A stretch of DNA of 64,000 bases from positions 2,816,001 through 2,880,000 of the forward strand of contig CP086569.2 of NCBI GenBank assembly GCA_009914755.4, given 5' to 3'. A program made the translations under genes and the position numbers. A model generated the notes under the pieces. The model searched no databases. It was given only the letters and a program-made list of their open reading frames with translations, and was not told where the DNA came from. Positions 36,901-49,904 of this stretch are shown here, one piece after another (position 1 is the first letter of the stretch; each line of letters opens with the position of its first letter). This stretch comes from the human T2T-CHM13v2.0 reference genome, Homo sapiens.

Positions 36901-39900
36901 ATCTCATTCTTTTTATGGCTGAATAGTATTCCATTATGTATATTTTCCACATTTTTAATAAATCCAGTTTACCATTGATGAACATTTAGTTTAATTCCAT
37001 GTCTTGTTATTGTCAATAATGCCACGATGTATATATGCATGCATGTGTCTTTACAGTAGAATGATTTCTATTCCATTGGGTATATAATCACTGGGTCAAA
37101 TGGTAGTTCTGTTTCAAGTTTTTCAAGAAATTGACAACTGTTTTCTGCAGTGACTGAACTGCTTTACATTCCCACCGGCTATATATAAGTGTTCCCTTTT
37201 CTCTACAACTTCACCACCATCTGTTATTTTTTTGACTTTTTAATAATGCCCATACTGACTTGTGTGAGATGGTATCTCATTGTGGTTGTGACTTGCATTT
37301 CTCTAACAAATAGTGATGTTGAGCATTTTTTATGTGCTTGTTGGCTGCATGTAAGTTTTCTTTGAAAAGTGTCTGTTATTGTTCTTTGCTCATTTTTAAT
37401 GGGGTTATTTCTTTTTTGTTTGTTAATTTGTTAGTTTCTTATAGATTCCGGCTACTAGACCATCAGCAGACACATAGTTTGCAAATATTTTCTCCCATTT
37501 GGTAGGTTGTCTGTTTACTGTGTTGATAGTTTATTTTGTAATATAGAGGCTCTTAATTAGGTCCCACTTGTCAATTTATGTTTCTGATGCAATTGCTTTT
37601 GCCATCTTTATTATGAATCTTTGCCAGGTCCTATGAACAAGATATTGCCTAACTTATATTCCAATGATTTTATAGTTTTAGGTTTTACATTTAAGTCTTT
37701 GATTCATCTGGAGTTGATTTTTGTATATGACACAAGGAATGAGTCCAGTTTCAATCTTCTGCTTATGGCTAGCCAGTTATTACATCACCACTTATTAAAT
37801 AGGGAGTGTTTTCCCTGTTGCTTTTTTTTTGCCAAATTTGTTGAAGATCAGATGGTTGTAGATATTCTGCTTTATTTCTAGGTTCTCTATTCTGTTCAAT
37901 TAGTCTGTGTGTCTATTTTTCGACAAGTACCATGCTGTTCTGGTTACTGTAGCCTTGTATTATAGTTTGAAGCTGGGTAATGTGATTTCTCCAACTTTCT
38001 TCATTTTTCTTAGGATTACTTTGGCTATTCTGGCTCTTTTTGGTTCCATACACATTTTACAAAAGGTTTTCTAATTCTGTAATGAATATCATTGGCAGTT
38101 TGATAAGGAATAGCATTGAATCCATAAATTGCTTTGGGCAGTATGATTATTTCAACAATATTGAGTCTTCCTGTCCATGAGCATGAAATGTTTTCCATTT
38201 GTTTGTGTCATCTCTGACTTTGAGCAGTGTTTTATGATTCTTATTGTAGATTTTCACTTCCCTAGTTAGCTGTATTCCTTGGTATTTTATTGTTTTTTTT
38301 TTTTCTGGCTATTGCTTATGACATTATGTTCTTGATTAGCCTCTCACTTTAGTAGTTGTTGGTGTACAGAAATGCTACTAATTTCTGCACATTGATTTTG
38401 TATCCAGGTAATTTTCTAAGGTTGTTTTTCAGACTTAGGAGCTCTTGGAAAGAGACTATGGAATTTTCTAGGTAAAGAATCATATTAGGTGCAAAAAGAT
38501 AGTTTGACTTCCTCTCTTGCTATAGGGATATCTTTTATTACTTTTTCTTGCCTGGCATAAAATATCCAGTCCAGTCTTATGTTGAGTAGAAGTGGTGAGA
38601 GTGGGCATCTTTGTCTTGTTCCAGTTCTCAAGGGGAATGTTCCCAGCATTTGCCCATTCAGTATGATGATGACTATGTGTTTGCCATAGAAAGCTTTTTT
38701 GTTGTATGTTTCCTCAATACCTTGCTTGTTGAGGATTTTAAGATGAACAGATGTTAAATTTTATCAAAACCCTTTTCTGCATCTATTGAGATAATTGTGT
38801 TGGTTTTGTTTTTAGTTCCTTTTATGTAATGAATTAAATTTATTGATTTTCCTATGTTGAAACAATCTTTCACCCTAGGGATAAAGCCTACTTGATAATG
38901 ATGGATTAGCTCTTCGATGTGCTACTAAATTTGGTTTGCTCGTACTTTGTTGAGGATTTTTCCATCTCTGTTTATCAAATATATTAGTCTAAAGCTTTCT
39001 TTTTGTGTATTTATCAGGTTTTGATATTAGAGTGATGCTGGCCTCCTAGAATGTGTTAGGTAGGAGTCCCTCCTCCTCAATATTTTAGATTAGTGTCAGT
39101 AGGAATGGTACCAGCCTTTCTTTATACTTGTAGAAATTAAGCTGTGAATCCATCTGGTCCTCAGCTTCTTTTGGTTGGTAGGCTTTCTATTATTCATTCA
39201 ATTTTGGAACTTATAATTGGTCTGTTCAGAGATTCAATACTTTTGTAGTTTAGTATAGAGATGTGCTATGTTTCTAGGAATTTATTTTTTTTAAAGTGTT
39301 TTAGCTTGGTGCGTAGAGGTGTTCAAAGCAATCTCTGAGGAATTTTGTATTTTTGGGGGCTGTGGTAACATCCCGTTTGTCATTTCTGATTTTATTTATT
39401 TATATCATATACTTTTTATTAGTGTATTCAGTGGTCTATCAATCTATTATTTTGAAATAATCAACACCTAGATTTGTTGATCTTTTGTATGGTTTCTTGT
39501 GTCTGAATTTCCTTCAGTTCGGTTCTTAACTTTGGTTATGTCTTGTCTTCTGCTACCTTTGGAGTTGGTTTGCTCTGCTTTTTCTAGTTCTTCTAGTTGT
39601 GATGTTAAATTGTTAATTTGAGATTTTTCTAACTTTTTGATATGTGCATTTAGCAATGTAAAATTCCCTCTTAACATTATCTATGTATCAGAGATTCTGA
39701 TATGTTGTACCTTTGTTCTCATTAGTTTCAAAGAATTTCTTGATTCCTGCCTTAATTTCAATATTTACCAAAAAGTTATCAAAAAGTAAATCAGGAGCAT
39801 GTTGTTTAATTTCCATGTAATTGTACAGTTTTGAGCTTTCTTAGTATTGATTTGAATTTTCTTAGTATTGATTTGTATTTTTACTGTGCTGTGGTCTGAG

Positions 39901-42095
39901 TGTGGTTGGTATAATTTTGTTTTATAATTTGTTGAGAATTTTTTATGACTGATTTTGTGCTCCATTTTAGAGTATGTGCTATGTGCAGATGAGAAGAGTG
40001 TATGTTCTGTTGTTTTGGGGTGGAGAGTTCTGTAGATGTCTATTTGGTCAAGTGTTGAGTTCGGGTCTCAAATATCTTTGTTATTTTTCTGCCTCAATGA
40101 TCTGTCTAATACTGTCTCTGGATTACTAAAGTTTCCACTATTATTGTGTGGTAATCTAAGTCTCCTTATAAGTTGTAAAGTACTAAGTATGTAAAGCTCT
40201 GTGCTCCTGTTTTGGGTGCATATATTCTTAAGATAGTAATATCTTCTTGTTGAATTAAATACTTTACAATTATGTAATGCCTTTGTTTGTCATTTTTGAT
40301 ATTTGTTGGTTTAAAGTCTGTTTTGTCTGAAATTAGAATAGCAATCCTAGCTTTTTTCTGTTTTCTGTTTACTTGCCAGGCTTTTCTGCATCCATTCTCT
40401 TTGAACCTATGGGTGTAACTGCATATGAGAGAGATCTTTTGAAGACAGGATACCATTGGGTCTTCCTTTTTTATGCAACTTGCCACTCTGTGCCTTTTAT
40501 TTGGGGCATTTAGCTCATTTACATTCAAGGTTAATCTTGATATGTACAGATTTAATTCTGTCATCTTGTTCCTAGCTGGCTAATATGCAGAGTTGATCGT
40601 GTACTTGCTTTATATGTCAATGATTCATGTACTTACATGTCTTTTTCTGGTAGCTGGTAATGGTCTTTCCATATTTAGCACTCCCTTAAGGACTTCTTGT
40701 AAAGCAGAACTGTTTGTAATGAATTTCATTAGCATTTGTTTTTCTGAAAATGATCTTATTTCTCCTTCGTGTATTAGGCTTATTTTGGCAGGAATAAAAT
40801 TTGTGATTGAAATTTATTTCCTTTATGAATAATGTATATAGGCCACCAATGTCTTCTGGCTTGCAGTGTTTCTGCTGAAAGGTCCACTATCAGCCTGATG
40901 GGATACCATCTATAGGTGACCTGCTCCTGCCCTCTTGCTGCCTTTATCATTTTTTCTTTTTTTCAAACTTGAAGAATCTGATAACAATGTGTGTTAGGGA
41001 TAGTTGTCTTGTATAGTATCTTCCAGGGGGTCTCTGCACTTCTTGAATTTTAATATTGGCTTCTCTAGCAAAACTGGGGAAATTTTTATTGATGATATTT
41101 TCAAATAACTTTTCCAAGTTACTTGTTTTTGCTTCTTGTTTCAGGGATGTAAATGAGCATAAATTTGGTCTCTTTACATAATCCTGTTTTTCTCAGAAAT
41201 TTTTTCAGTCTTCTTTACTCTTTTCTCTTTACTTTTATCTGAGTGTTTTCAAAGACCTGGTCTTCATGCTCTGAGATTTGTCCCTCACCTTGGTTGATTC
41301 TACTGTTCATACTAGAGATTGTATTATGAAATATTTGAAATGAGTTTTTCAGCTCTGTTAGATGAGTTTAGTTTTCTTCTTAAAATGATCATTTTGTCTT
41401 TGAGCTCATTGTTTTGTCGTATCCTTAGATTCCTTGGATTGGGTTTCAGATTTTCCCAAATCTCAATGATCTTCATTCCTATCCATTTTCTGAATTATAT
41501 TTCTGTCATTTCAGCCATTTCAGCCTGGTTAGGAAACACTGCTGAGGAACTAGTGGGTTTGTTTGGAGAAAATAGGACACTGTGTCTTTTGGGGTTACCA
41601 GAGTTCTTGTGCTGGTTATTTCTTTTCATTGTTTTGATGTTCCTTCAGTCTTTGAAGTTGTCTTCCTTTGGATGGGGTTTTTACTTTTATCTTCTTTGAT
41701 GCCTTTGGGGGTTTGATTGTGGTATAAAGTAGGTTCAATCAACTAGCTTCATTTCTGGAAGATTTTAAGGGGATAAGTCTCAACTCTTAGACTGTGTCCC
41801 CTAACTCTGAGGGGGGGCTGATATATGGCCGCTTGCTTTGTTCTGTGGCCCCTTGAGTTTAAAAACCTCATGTGCTGCAGGGTCCAATATGTTCCCAGTC
41901 CACTAGCTACAACACTTTCATTGGCAGTGCTGGCTAAAGCATTTTGTTGGCATAGTGGCAGTGGGATCCATGCTTGCTTGTGTGTGCCAGCAGCTGCAGC
42001 AGTGTGGCGGGGTGCACACGCATGGGCTGGCATGGCATACTGGCAGGAGTGGGGCTGTAGCATTCCTGCTTGTGCCTATGCCAATGGCCTCTAAT
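36901..42095 (-). mobile_element. Body of L1 #2, an older L1P/L1M subfamily about 20% diverged from the nested young copy. It contains ORF2 (~36905-40560), ORF1 (~40600-41700) and a truncated 5'UTR (~41700-42095), all disrupted.
   Basis: A minus-strand ORF reads MTELNLYISRLTLNVNELNAPNKRHRVASCIKKEDPMVSCLQKISLICSYTHRFKENGCRKAWQVNRKQKKARIAILISDKTDFKPTNIKNDKQRHYIIVKYLIQQEDITILRIYAPKTGA, matching the ORF2 start (MTGSNSHITILTLNINGLNSAIKRHRLASWIKSQDPSVCCIQETHLTCKDTHRLKIKGWRKIYQANGKQKKAGVAILVSDKTDFKPTKIKRDKEGHYIMVKGSIQQEELTILNIYAPNTGA). Antisense L1 sequence runs throughout on the + strand. Confidence 0.8.
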
Positions 42096-42760
42096 CTTTT
42101 TTATAAGTTGTCGGATTTGGTTTGCTTATATTTTCTTGAAGATTATTGCACATATATTGCTAAGAAATATTGGTATGTAGTTGTTTTTCTTTTCTTGAGA
42201 TGACGTATTTTTTTTTAATCAGGCCATATATAATGGGTTAAATATTTTTTCTCTTTTATTTTATTGTAAATATTTCTTTAAGATTGGTGTTGATTACTTA
42301 AGCTTTTGGTAAAATTAAACAATAAGGGCACTTAGTCCTCAACTCTTATTTACGGGAACTTTTAAAATTACCGTTATAAAAGCTTTATTGTTACCGGTTG
42401 GAATATATTTTCTGTTTCTTCTTAAGGGGGTTTTAGAAGTTTTGTATTTGTGGTCATCTATTTCATCTAAGGTATCTAAATTGCTTTCATACAGTTGTTC
42501 ATGTTATTTCTTATAATCATCTTTGTTTCTGTAATGTCTGTAAAAATATCCCTCTTTTATTCTAAATTTAACTCATTTGAGTCATCTGTATTTTTATTTT
42601 TAGTAAGTCTAGCCATAGTTGCCAATTTGTTAATGTTTTCAAATAAGCAAATTTTGGTTGTACTGTTTTGTGTCTATTATTTTCCTAGTCTTTATTGTAT
42701 TTATTTCTCTTCTCATGTTTATTATTCACTACTTTTTGCTTGCTTTTAATAAATTCTATT
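42095..42760 (-). mobile_element. Continuation of the old L1M ORF2 (RT region) fragment, i.e. the right flank of the L1 #2 insertion
   Basis: ctaatcttttttataagttgtcggatttggtttgcttatattttcttgaagattattgcacatat... corresponds to L1 antisense atgatctttttaatgtgttgttgaattcggtttgctagtattttgttgaggatttttgcatcaat. About 25 nt of the same L1M sequence are duplicated at 35360-35389, which is the degenerate TSD of L1 #2. Confidence 0.55.
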
Positions 42761-43096
42761 ATCTAAAAATAAAAAAATAGGTGAAATAACCAATGGAAAG
42801 TCAAATTGGAAAAGTTATAATTTTTATATCACAAACAATATGTAATATTCCTGATATAGAAAGAGCTTATACAAATTAAGAAAACAACAACATTTAAAAA
42901 GTCAAGACATATAAATTGTGCAAAGAGAGAATTATAAATGCATACAGGATACACAGAAATAAACACTAATATTCCTTAATCACATGAAAAAATAATATTT
43001 TTCAAAAGAAGAAAACTAAGGCATTACTTCTATTTTATTTACAACAACTCAATGTTTTGATGACATAAAACAATAATATGATTAATAAATTAGCAA

Positions 43097-43360
43097 GGCT
43101 TGGTATGATGACTCATGTGTGTAATCCCAACACTTTGAGGGGCAGAGGCAGGAGAATCACTTAAGCCCAGTAGTTCGAGAGTAGCCTGGGCAACATAGAG
43201 AGACCCTGTCTCTACAAAATACATACTTATATATATTTTTAACAACCAGGAAATGTGGTGCACATCTGGGGTCCCAGCTACTCTGGAAGCTGAGGTAGGA
43301 GGATCACTTGAGCCTGGAAGGTCTAGACTGAAGTGAGCCATGTTCACCCCAGTGCACTAA
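43097..43360 (+). mobile_element. Alu SINE, old, 3'-truncated, with no A-tail
   Basis: ggcttggtatgatgactcatgtgtgtaatcccaacactttgaggggcagaggcaggagaatcacttaagcccag...gtggtgcacatctggggtcccagctactctggaagctgaggtaggaggatcacttgagcctggaaggtc. Confidence 0.85.
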
Positions 43361-44789
43361 GTATCACTAAAAGAGTGATTTCAGTATCACTAAAAGAGTA
43401 AATGTTTAACATTCTCATCACAAAAAAATATTAAATATCTGTGGTTATATATATGCTAAGTAGTTTAATTTTTCACATTGTATTAAAAATTGTAATACCA
43501 CTTTGTACTTTGTAAATGTATACAACTGTAATTTGTCAACATATAATATATTTTTTAAATAGACAAGAAAAATTTTTTAAAACTGGTATTGGGACTACAG
43601 ATTCTCTAAATGGGAAAATAACTGAGCCTTTAATTGTAGCATAAAAACAAACAGAAACCAAAAGAAATAACAAATCAGTGATTAGCAAAAAGATCACAGA
43701 CCTAAATGTGAAAGGCAAAACTTAAAAATATTTTAAGAACATTTTGGTAAGTATTTTGTTGAATTAGTTTAAGTCAAAATTTCCTGACATGAAGAAAGTA
43801 CAAGCATAAAGGAAAAGACTGATAATTGTACTGATAAATTTGAGTATTAAAAAAGTTTGTATAATGACACTATTTCCACAATTTAACAATAAACTAATGA
43901 CAGTTAGGGAATGTAGTTTCAGTGCATATAAACATGAAGTGATTAGTTTCTGGAACATATAAACAACTTCTACAAATCAACGTATTTTAAAAAATGAAAA
44001 ATAAGTGAAGGATATAGGCAGTCAATTCACACAAGTCACTTACATGACTGAAAAATATGGATGAATTCTCAATCTCATTTATAATCAGGAAAACTCAAAA
44101 TCACACTGTTACCATGTCTTGTTTATTATGAACATAGCAAAACAAAGTTTGACAGTACAAAGTGTTAGCAGCAATGTAGAGTCTTGTGTATTCTCAGACA
44201 CATAGGGTACAGATATATAGAGGTATAACTATTTTAGGGAGAAATGTGGCAAAATTTCATAAAGTTGAATTTGATTATACCCACTGGGCCTCCTGTCAAG
44301 TCTGTCTACACTTAACCTCCAGCAATATGTCAATTAAAGTTAAAGTGTTCTAACCAATACTAAATCCAATTGTGGGCTTCTGCTCCTAAACTTTTGTCCA
44401 GTAAGCTGTCTGTCTCTCCAGTGTTCAGGGCAGCCGTTTGTCCTATGACCTCAGTTCTCTGATGACAGAGCAAAAATTTGTTGATTTTGAATTTTTTTTT
44501 TATTGTGAAGAAACTTATTACAGTATTTGTTCAATTCTTCCCTCACATTCTTGGTGATATTTTTGTAATATATTTTAGTTTTGTATATGCTAATAACACA
44601 AAAATACTTCTATTTTTGTGTTATCTTTTAGAGCAATTAAAATTAAAATAACCCATTTAATTTTACTTTTATTTAATCCATTTACTGTGTTCTTTATTAA
44701 TTTTTATAGAATCAAGTCTCTGACCCTTTATCATATCTGTTCTTTCTGATTTTTTACCGTTTCTAGTAGGCTAGAACTGGTAGTATAAC

Positions 44790-45470
44790 TGGAAAGGGGT
44801 CCCAATCCAGACCTCAAGAGAGGTCTCTTGGATTTCACAGAAGAAAGAATTTGAGGCGAGTCCATAAAGCAAAGTGAAAACAAGTTTATTAAGAAAGTAA
44901 AGGAATAAAAGAATGACTAATCAAGAAATAACCATAAAAATGGTTGCCCATTTTTAGTATTCATTAGTTTTCCAGGAAAGCGGTGGGCAATTCCCAGAGC
45001 TGAGGTTCCTCCCCTTTTTAGACCATATAGGGTAACTTCCTCACATTGCCATGGCATTTATAAATTGTTATGGCACTGATGAGAGTGTAGCAGTGAGGAC
45101 AACCAGAGGTCATTCTCATTACCATCTTGGTTTTGCTGGGTTTTAGCCAGCTTCTTTACTGAAACCAGTTTTATCAGCAAGGTTTTTATGACCTGTATCT
45201 TGTGCCAACCTCCTATCTCATTCTGTGACTTAGAAGGCCTAACCATCTGGGAATACAGCCCAGTATGCCTCAGCCTTATTTTATCCAGCCCCTATTTAAG
45301 ATGGAGTTGCTCTGGTTCCAACACCTCTGACATTTTCCCCATCTCTTTTATAAGAGATCCCTTAATCCTAAGAGTTGTAGAGGAGCAAAGATCCATCTTC
45401 TGTAACTTCTTCAGGCTGAATAGGGGTGATATTATTCCTGCCTAGCTATTGGGGTCTCTTGTATTACAGG
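44790..45470 (+). mobile_element. LTR12-family (HERV9 LTR) partial copy A, covering the 5' ~700 bp of the LTR. It lacks the CCAAT-repeat and R-U5 part.
   Basis: ggaaaggggtcccaatccagacctcaagagaggtctcttggatttcacagaagaaagaatttgaggcgagtccataaagcaaagtgaaaacaagtttattaagaaagtaaaggaataaaagaatg...ccatatagggtaacttcctcacattgccatggcatttataaattgttatggcactgatgagagtgtagcagtgaggacaaccagaggtcattctc...ctatttaagatggagttgctctggttccaacacctctgaca matches the LTR12 consensus beginning TGTAGGGGTCCCGATCCAGACCCCAAGAGAGGGTTCTTGGATC..., as recalled from memory. Confidence 0.55.
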
Positions 45471-48400
45471 TAGAGAGGAGCCCAGTCATAAAGTGTCAGT
45501 ATGGTGAAGGTCATTCATACCTCTGAGTTCCTACAAAAGCTTATAATTTATTAAGTATTCAATTTAAGAAAATATTGAGTAAGCTTACCCTTCATTCCTA
45601 CACAAAGAGTACAATAGCAAATATATTCCACATCTGATGAGACTAGAATCTAATAATGAGTGTACCATAGTTCTTGAAATATAGTTTATTTCTCCAGTCT
45701 CCCATTTTCACTAAAAATAAATCATAGTAAGACTGGCTTGCTTTATTAAACTTGGCCTGATTATTTGAATAAAGTGGAGCAAGAATAACTATTTTTCACA
45801 TAGGCTTTCTAAATTGACTTTGATTGAACTCTGTTCCATAAGAAATCTCATACAAGACATTTTTCTTTTAAAACTGAGCCCAGTGATGGGGTTGTACTGT
45901 CAAATACCTATGAGTTGGGTAAATTCCTCTCCTCTTGAGGTCCCAAGATAACTTGGGGCTCCTGGGCCTGTCAGAAAGTAATATTCTTTACTTATCCCAG
46001 GTCAGGAACCCCGTATAGGAACTCTATAGACAAGGTATGAGGCCAGTTTTCCCAAGGGGCTTCTATTGGCTCTCCATGTCAAATTTGATTCCTTAAAAGA
46101 AAGCATGCCATTCTAGTCAAAGCCTTGTAAAATAAACAATTTATCCACTTGTGTCCTGTTGCAAAATAAAACATTCTTATGGAACTTATGCAAATAAATA
46201 TATTGCCACAATTTAAGATACAAATAGTTTCCAAATTTTGGAGAAATCAGGTAGAGAGAAACAAATATGCTGTAAATGTTACTCACAGGAGTACACTTTA
46301 CACAATTGTTAAAATCTGTAGACAACTCAAATGAAAAGTTTCCTTGACTCTGAAAACAAAACAAAGGATGGGCAATGTTTTTAAGCAAAGTCAAAAAATA
46401 ATTACTTCCATCTTTTATTAGTCCAGTTCATGTGGTTAACTCCTGTTCTTCTTGATATTCATGAATATTTCAGCTCTCCATGAGAGTCCTGGAAGTTTTT
46501 CCTCTATTCTGATGTTACAATCTCCAAAGCTATCAGAAACCTGCATTCAAGAGTACCTGTTAAAGTCCTATAGTTGATTATAAAAACCACCTTCTAAAGA
46601 GGACTAATACAAAACAACAATTGTCTGTGGATGATAAAATGCCTTAGGGCAGCCTCTATTAAAACCACAATTGACTAGGAATTTTGGTTACTTCTGTGGC
46701 ATACAACAATTTCATGTAACAATTATAACTATTAATAACACACTAAGCCATAATAGAATTATGGGAGTTCCTCATAATTTTGGAACACATACCAATGGCA
46801 CATTTATACACATACAGCCCAAAGAAAGCCAAACACCATTTCATATTTGACAATGCTTTCTGTATGATTTTTATACCAAATAAGTCAAATGTCATTTTTA
46901 CATTAATGTACTATTAATGTTAAACCCTATCCTTAATAAAACCTTATAGACATTTCTAACCAATTTTAATGTTTGACCATAAGGTAAGATTCTCATAAGC
47001 CTTTTGTAACACTTTGCAAGTTTTCATTAAAAAGCAGATCAGTGGTAAGAAAAACCTGTTGTGCTTTTATTTTCATTCAATTGTTCAATAAATGTTCAAT
47101 TTACAGGAAAACTGTATACCCCTTTAAATTTAGCCAGTATGTTCAGACATAGAATTTATTTTACAAAATTCTAACTTGAAACAATAATTTAACCCTCTAA
47201 ACTTAAGCAAGAAATCCACACTCCCATGCCTTCTTATAATCTTTTACCAAACGTATATTCTACATTCCTTATATGCCTTGCATGTAGAACTGTTTCTTTA
47301 GTAGCCTCAAATACATGTTACACTGTTAACTCTTAGGAACTTTTGCTTTTGGTGAAAAACTTGGTTAGTAGGCGATTGTAATTATGTATCAAGTGTGGAG
47401 CTTAGGACATCAGACAGAAGTGCAGATAAGGGCTTAATCTTTCCGGCACAGCTGGGGTGCATGGTGCTCCACATGTCTCCATGTCTTATCAAGAATCTAA
47501 TGCTTCAAAGTAGGTAAAGTGAACAATTTTCAAAAGTCAAAGAAGCAGTATATGACCTTAAAGCATTTAGTAAACTTAATATCTTGCCTACCTGATTTAG
47601 ACGAAATATCTTTATTTTACCAATAATCTTTAAAGCTGTCTCTATTTCTCAAAGATTATTTAAGTCCTATGAACTAAAAAGCATTGCACTTTTTAATTTT
47701 CTGATAAAATATGTGATTTAAACACTATTTTTAAATGAATTAAAGTTTTTTATATCACACACACAACACATATAAATACAGATACAGAAGAAGATCCAGT
47801 ACTTGTAAGAGTTTTCATTTGCCAGCTTCCTAATTGGATTTTTGGCTTCAGGGTGGAACCTTTGGAGGAACAGGGGCAGGAAAGCACGCAGTTTCTGCAG
47901 CCTAATAGGCAGGCACAACTGGAAGGCAAAACTGATCTCTAGAAATTAAGGGTCCTGTAGTTATACCAGATTCTGGATCCCAAAAAGAGGGAATCAGACC
48001 ATCTCCCATGGGAGCCTTATATCTCATTGTGGGGTGGGGACATTTCCATACTTTTCTGGTAGTCAAGAGCATGCTTCTCTGATCCAAATGTGCACAGAGC
48101 TGAGTATCTCCCCATAACTGCCATTAGCAATCCCCAAAACTATATTTCCTACCTAGTTACCACACACCAAAGTTCTCTCATAATTTGAAGTAATTTCTGA
48201 TACTCACAAAACTCAAAAAAGGTCAGATAATGCAATGCAAAACAGAACAAAGCCTTAGATTTTGAAAGGAATCTATCCACTTCCAATTCCTGGAGTTTCA
48301 TGAGGAAAACAGAGGTGCTGTTTTTTTCCCCCAAAACTGGGTCTGTGATGCCTCCTCTGTTTTTCCCAAGGAGTCCAAGTCTGTGAGAGCTTGAATATCT

Positions 48401-49904
48401 GGTTTTAATTAAACTGACTTTTAGCTATAGCACTCTTTATAAAAGTCTTTTTAAATTTCTTATTACCCTACTTTAGCCAGGCCAAATGGTATTTATTTCT
48501 GTGCTCAGAGAAATAAAAGTTCAAGACAGATTGTTGAGGGGAAGAGAATAAACAAATGGTAAGGGTCACACAGGTATCAAACCAGAAAGGTCTCATTCCC
48601 TAAGACAGGAATTGAACCCTTAACTTGGGCGACCACTGTGGTGGTGGAGACCAAGAGAAAGTACTGCCACGTGGTCACAAGGTCATGCTCCCAAAGACAT
48701 GACTGACCAGTTTGCTGGGCCATCTTAATCAACAAGCTTACATGTGTCCTAGGCCCACATTCTATCCTAAGGTACCACTCTTTATGACAGAACAATAAAG
48801 GAAGACACACAAAGCACACCAGATTCACCACAGCTTAAGACTAGCATCACAAATGCTTTTTTCCACTAATCAAAATTCTACAGAGGAGAAAAACAGTGTT
48901 TTTTTACCATTTATTTAACCAGTTTGCACAGAGAAAGAGAGGCCAGAAGTCTGACTGGCAAAAAATTCTTACCCTTTTGTTAGCATGCCAGGCTCTCGGT
49001 TCCCTTTCCCTTATTGGGCCTAGTGACCTGACTTTTTGCACTGTAGCCTTGGGGGACAAGCTGCAACACAAAGGAAAATTATCTTTTTCCATTCTGGCCA
49101 GAGCAAAACACATGTGACAAAAGGTAGACATTAGCCACTCTGCTTAGCACCCAATATCAAACTGGCGAGGCTCAAAGTTGCCCCAGGTTGGGCCTCATCA
49201 TCGTTAATTCAACCTCTGACTGGGAATTTCAACATGGGGTCAATGGGCAAGAAGGTCGCCCTGAGTAATAGAAAATATAATAAAGGGAAAGGAGAGAAAG
49301 AGAGAGACAAAAGCATTGTCTGTAGCAGGGTGGGGAAGGTGAGGCACTCAGGTCAGAGAAATACCCACCCATTGCAGTGATGCTGAATCAAAAGTTCAGG
49401 CAGCTGCTTGTGGGTCATGAAAGGATCTTTTCTGGCAGCCCCATCGGCTCTCAAGTGTTCTCTTTTGGGGAGAGAAAAAATCTCCCCATGTCCGGTGATC
49501 CTGTACATGGCTAATCCTATCACCCATAGCTGTCAGCAGAGTGTAAGACAGATTAATCCAAAGAGAAGAGCAGTTAGCATCCCATAGTGCCAAACCCGTT
49601 CTTCGCTGAGGGGAACTTTACTGAGAGGGACCTCCAACCCCCTAAATCTTAGGAGGGACTTTAACCTTGGGCCTTGAATCCATGTTTGGTCAAGCATCCT
49701 TGCCTTTTATTAAGAGAGGCCTTTAACCCTCTCTGTCTTAGGAGAGACTCTAACTCCCCTAAGTTAGGCCTCTAATCCAATCCCATCCTCTACCTGGGTA
49801 CCCCACCACTTACTTAAAAGTTGGCCATCAGTGCTGCAGTCTATTTCCTTTGGGTTGGGATGGTCTCCTCATTATTGTCCCTTCAGCATTCACCAGAAAG
49901 TTGT

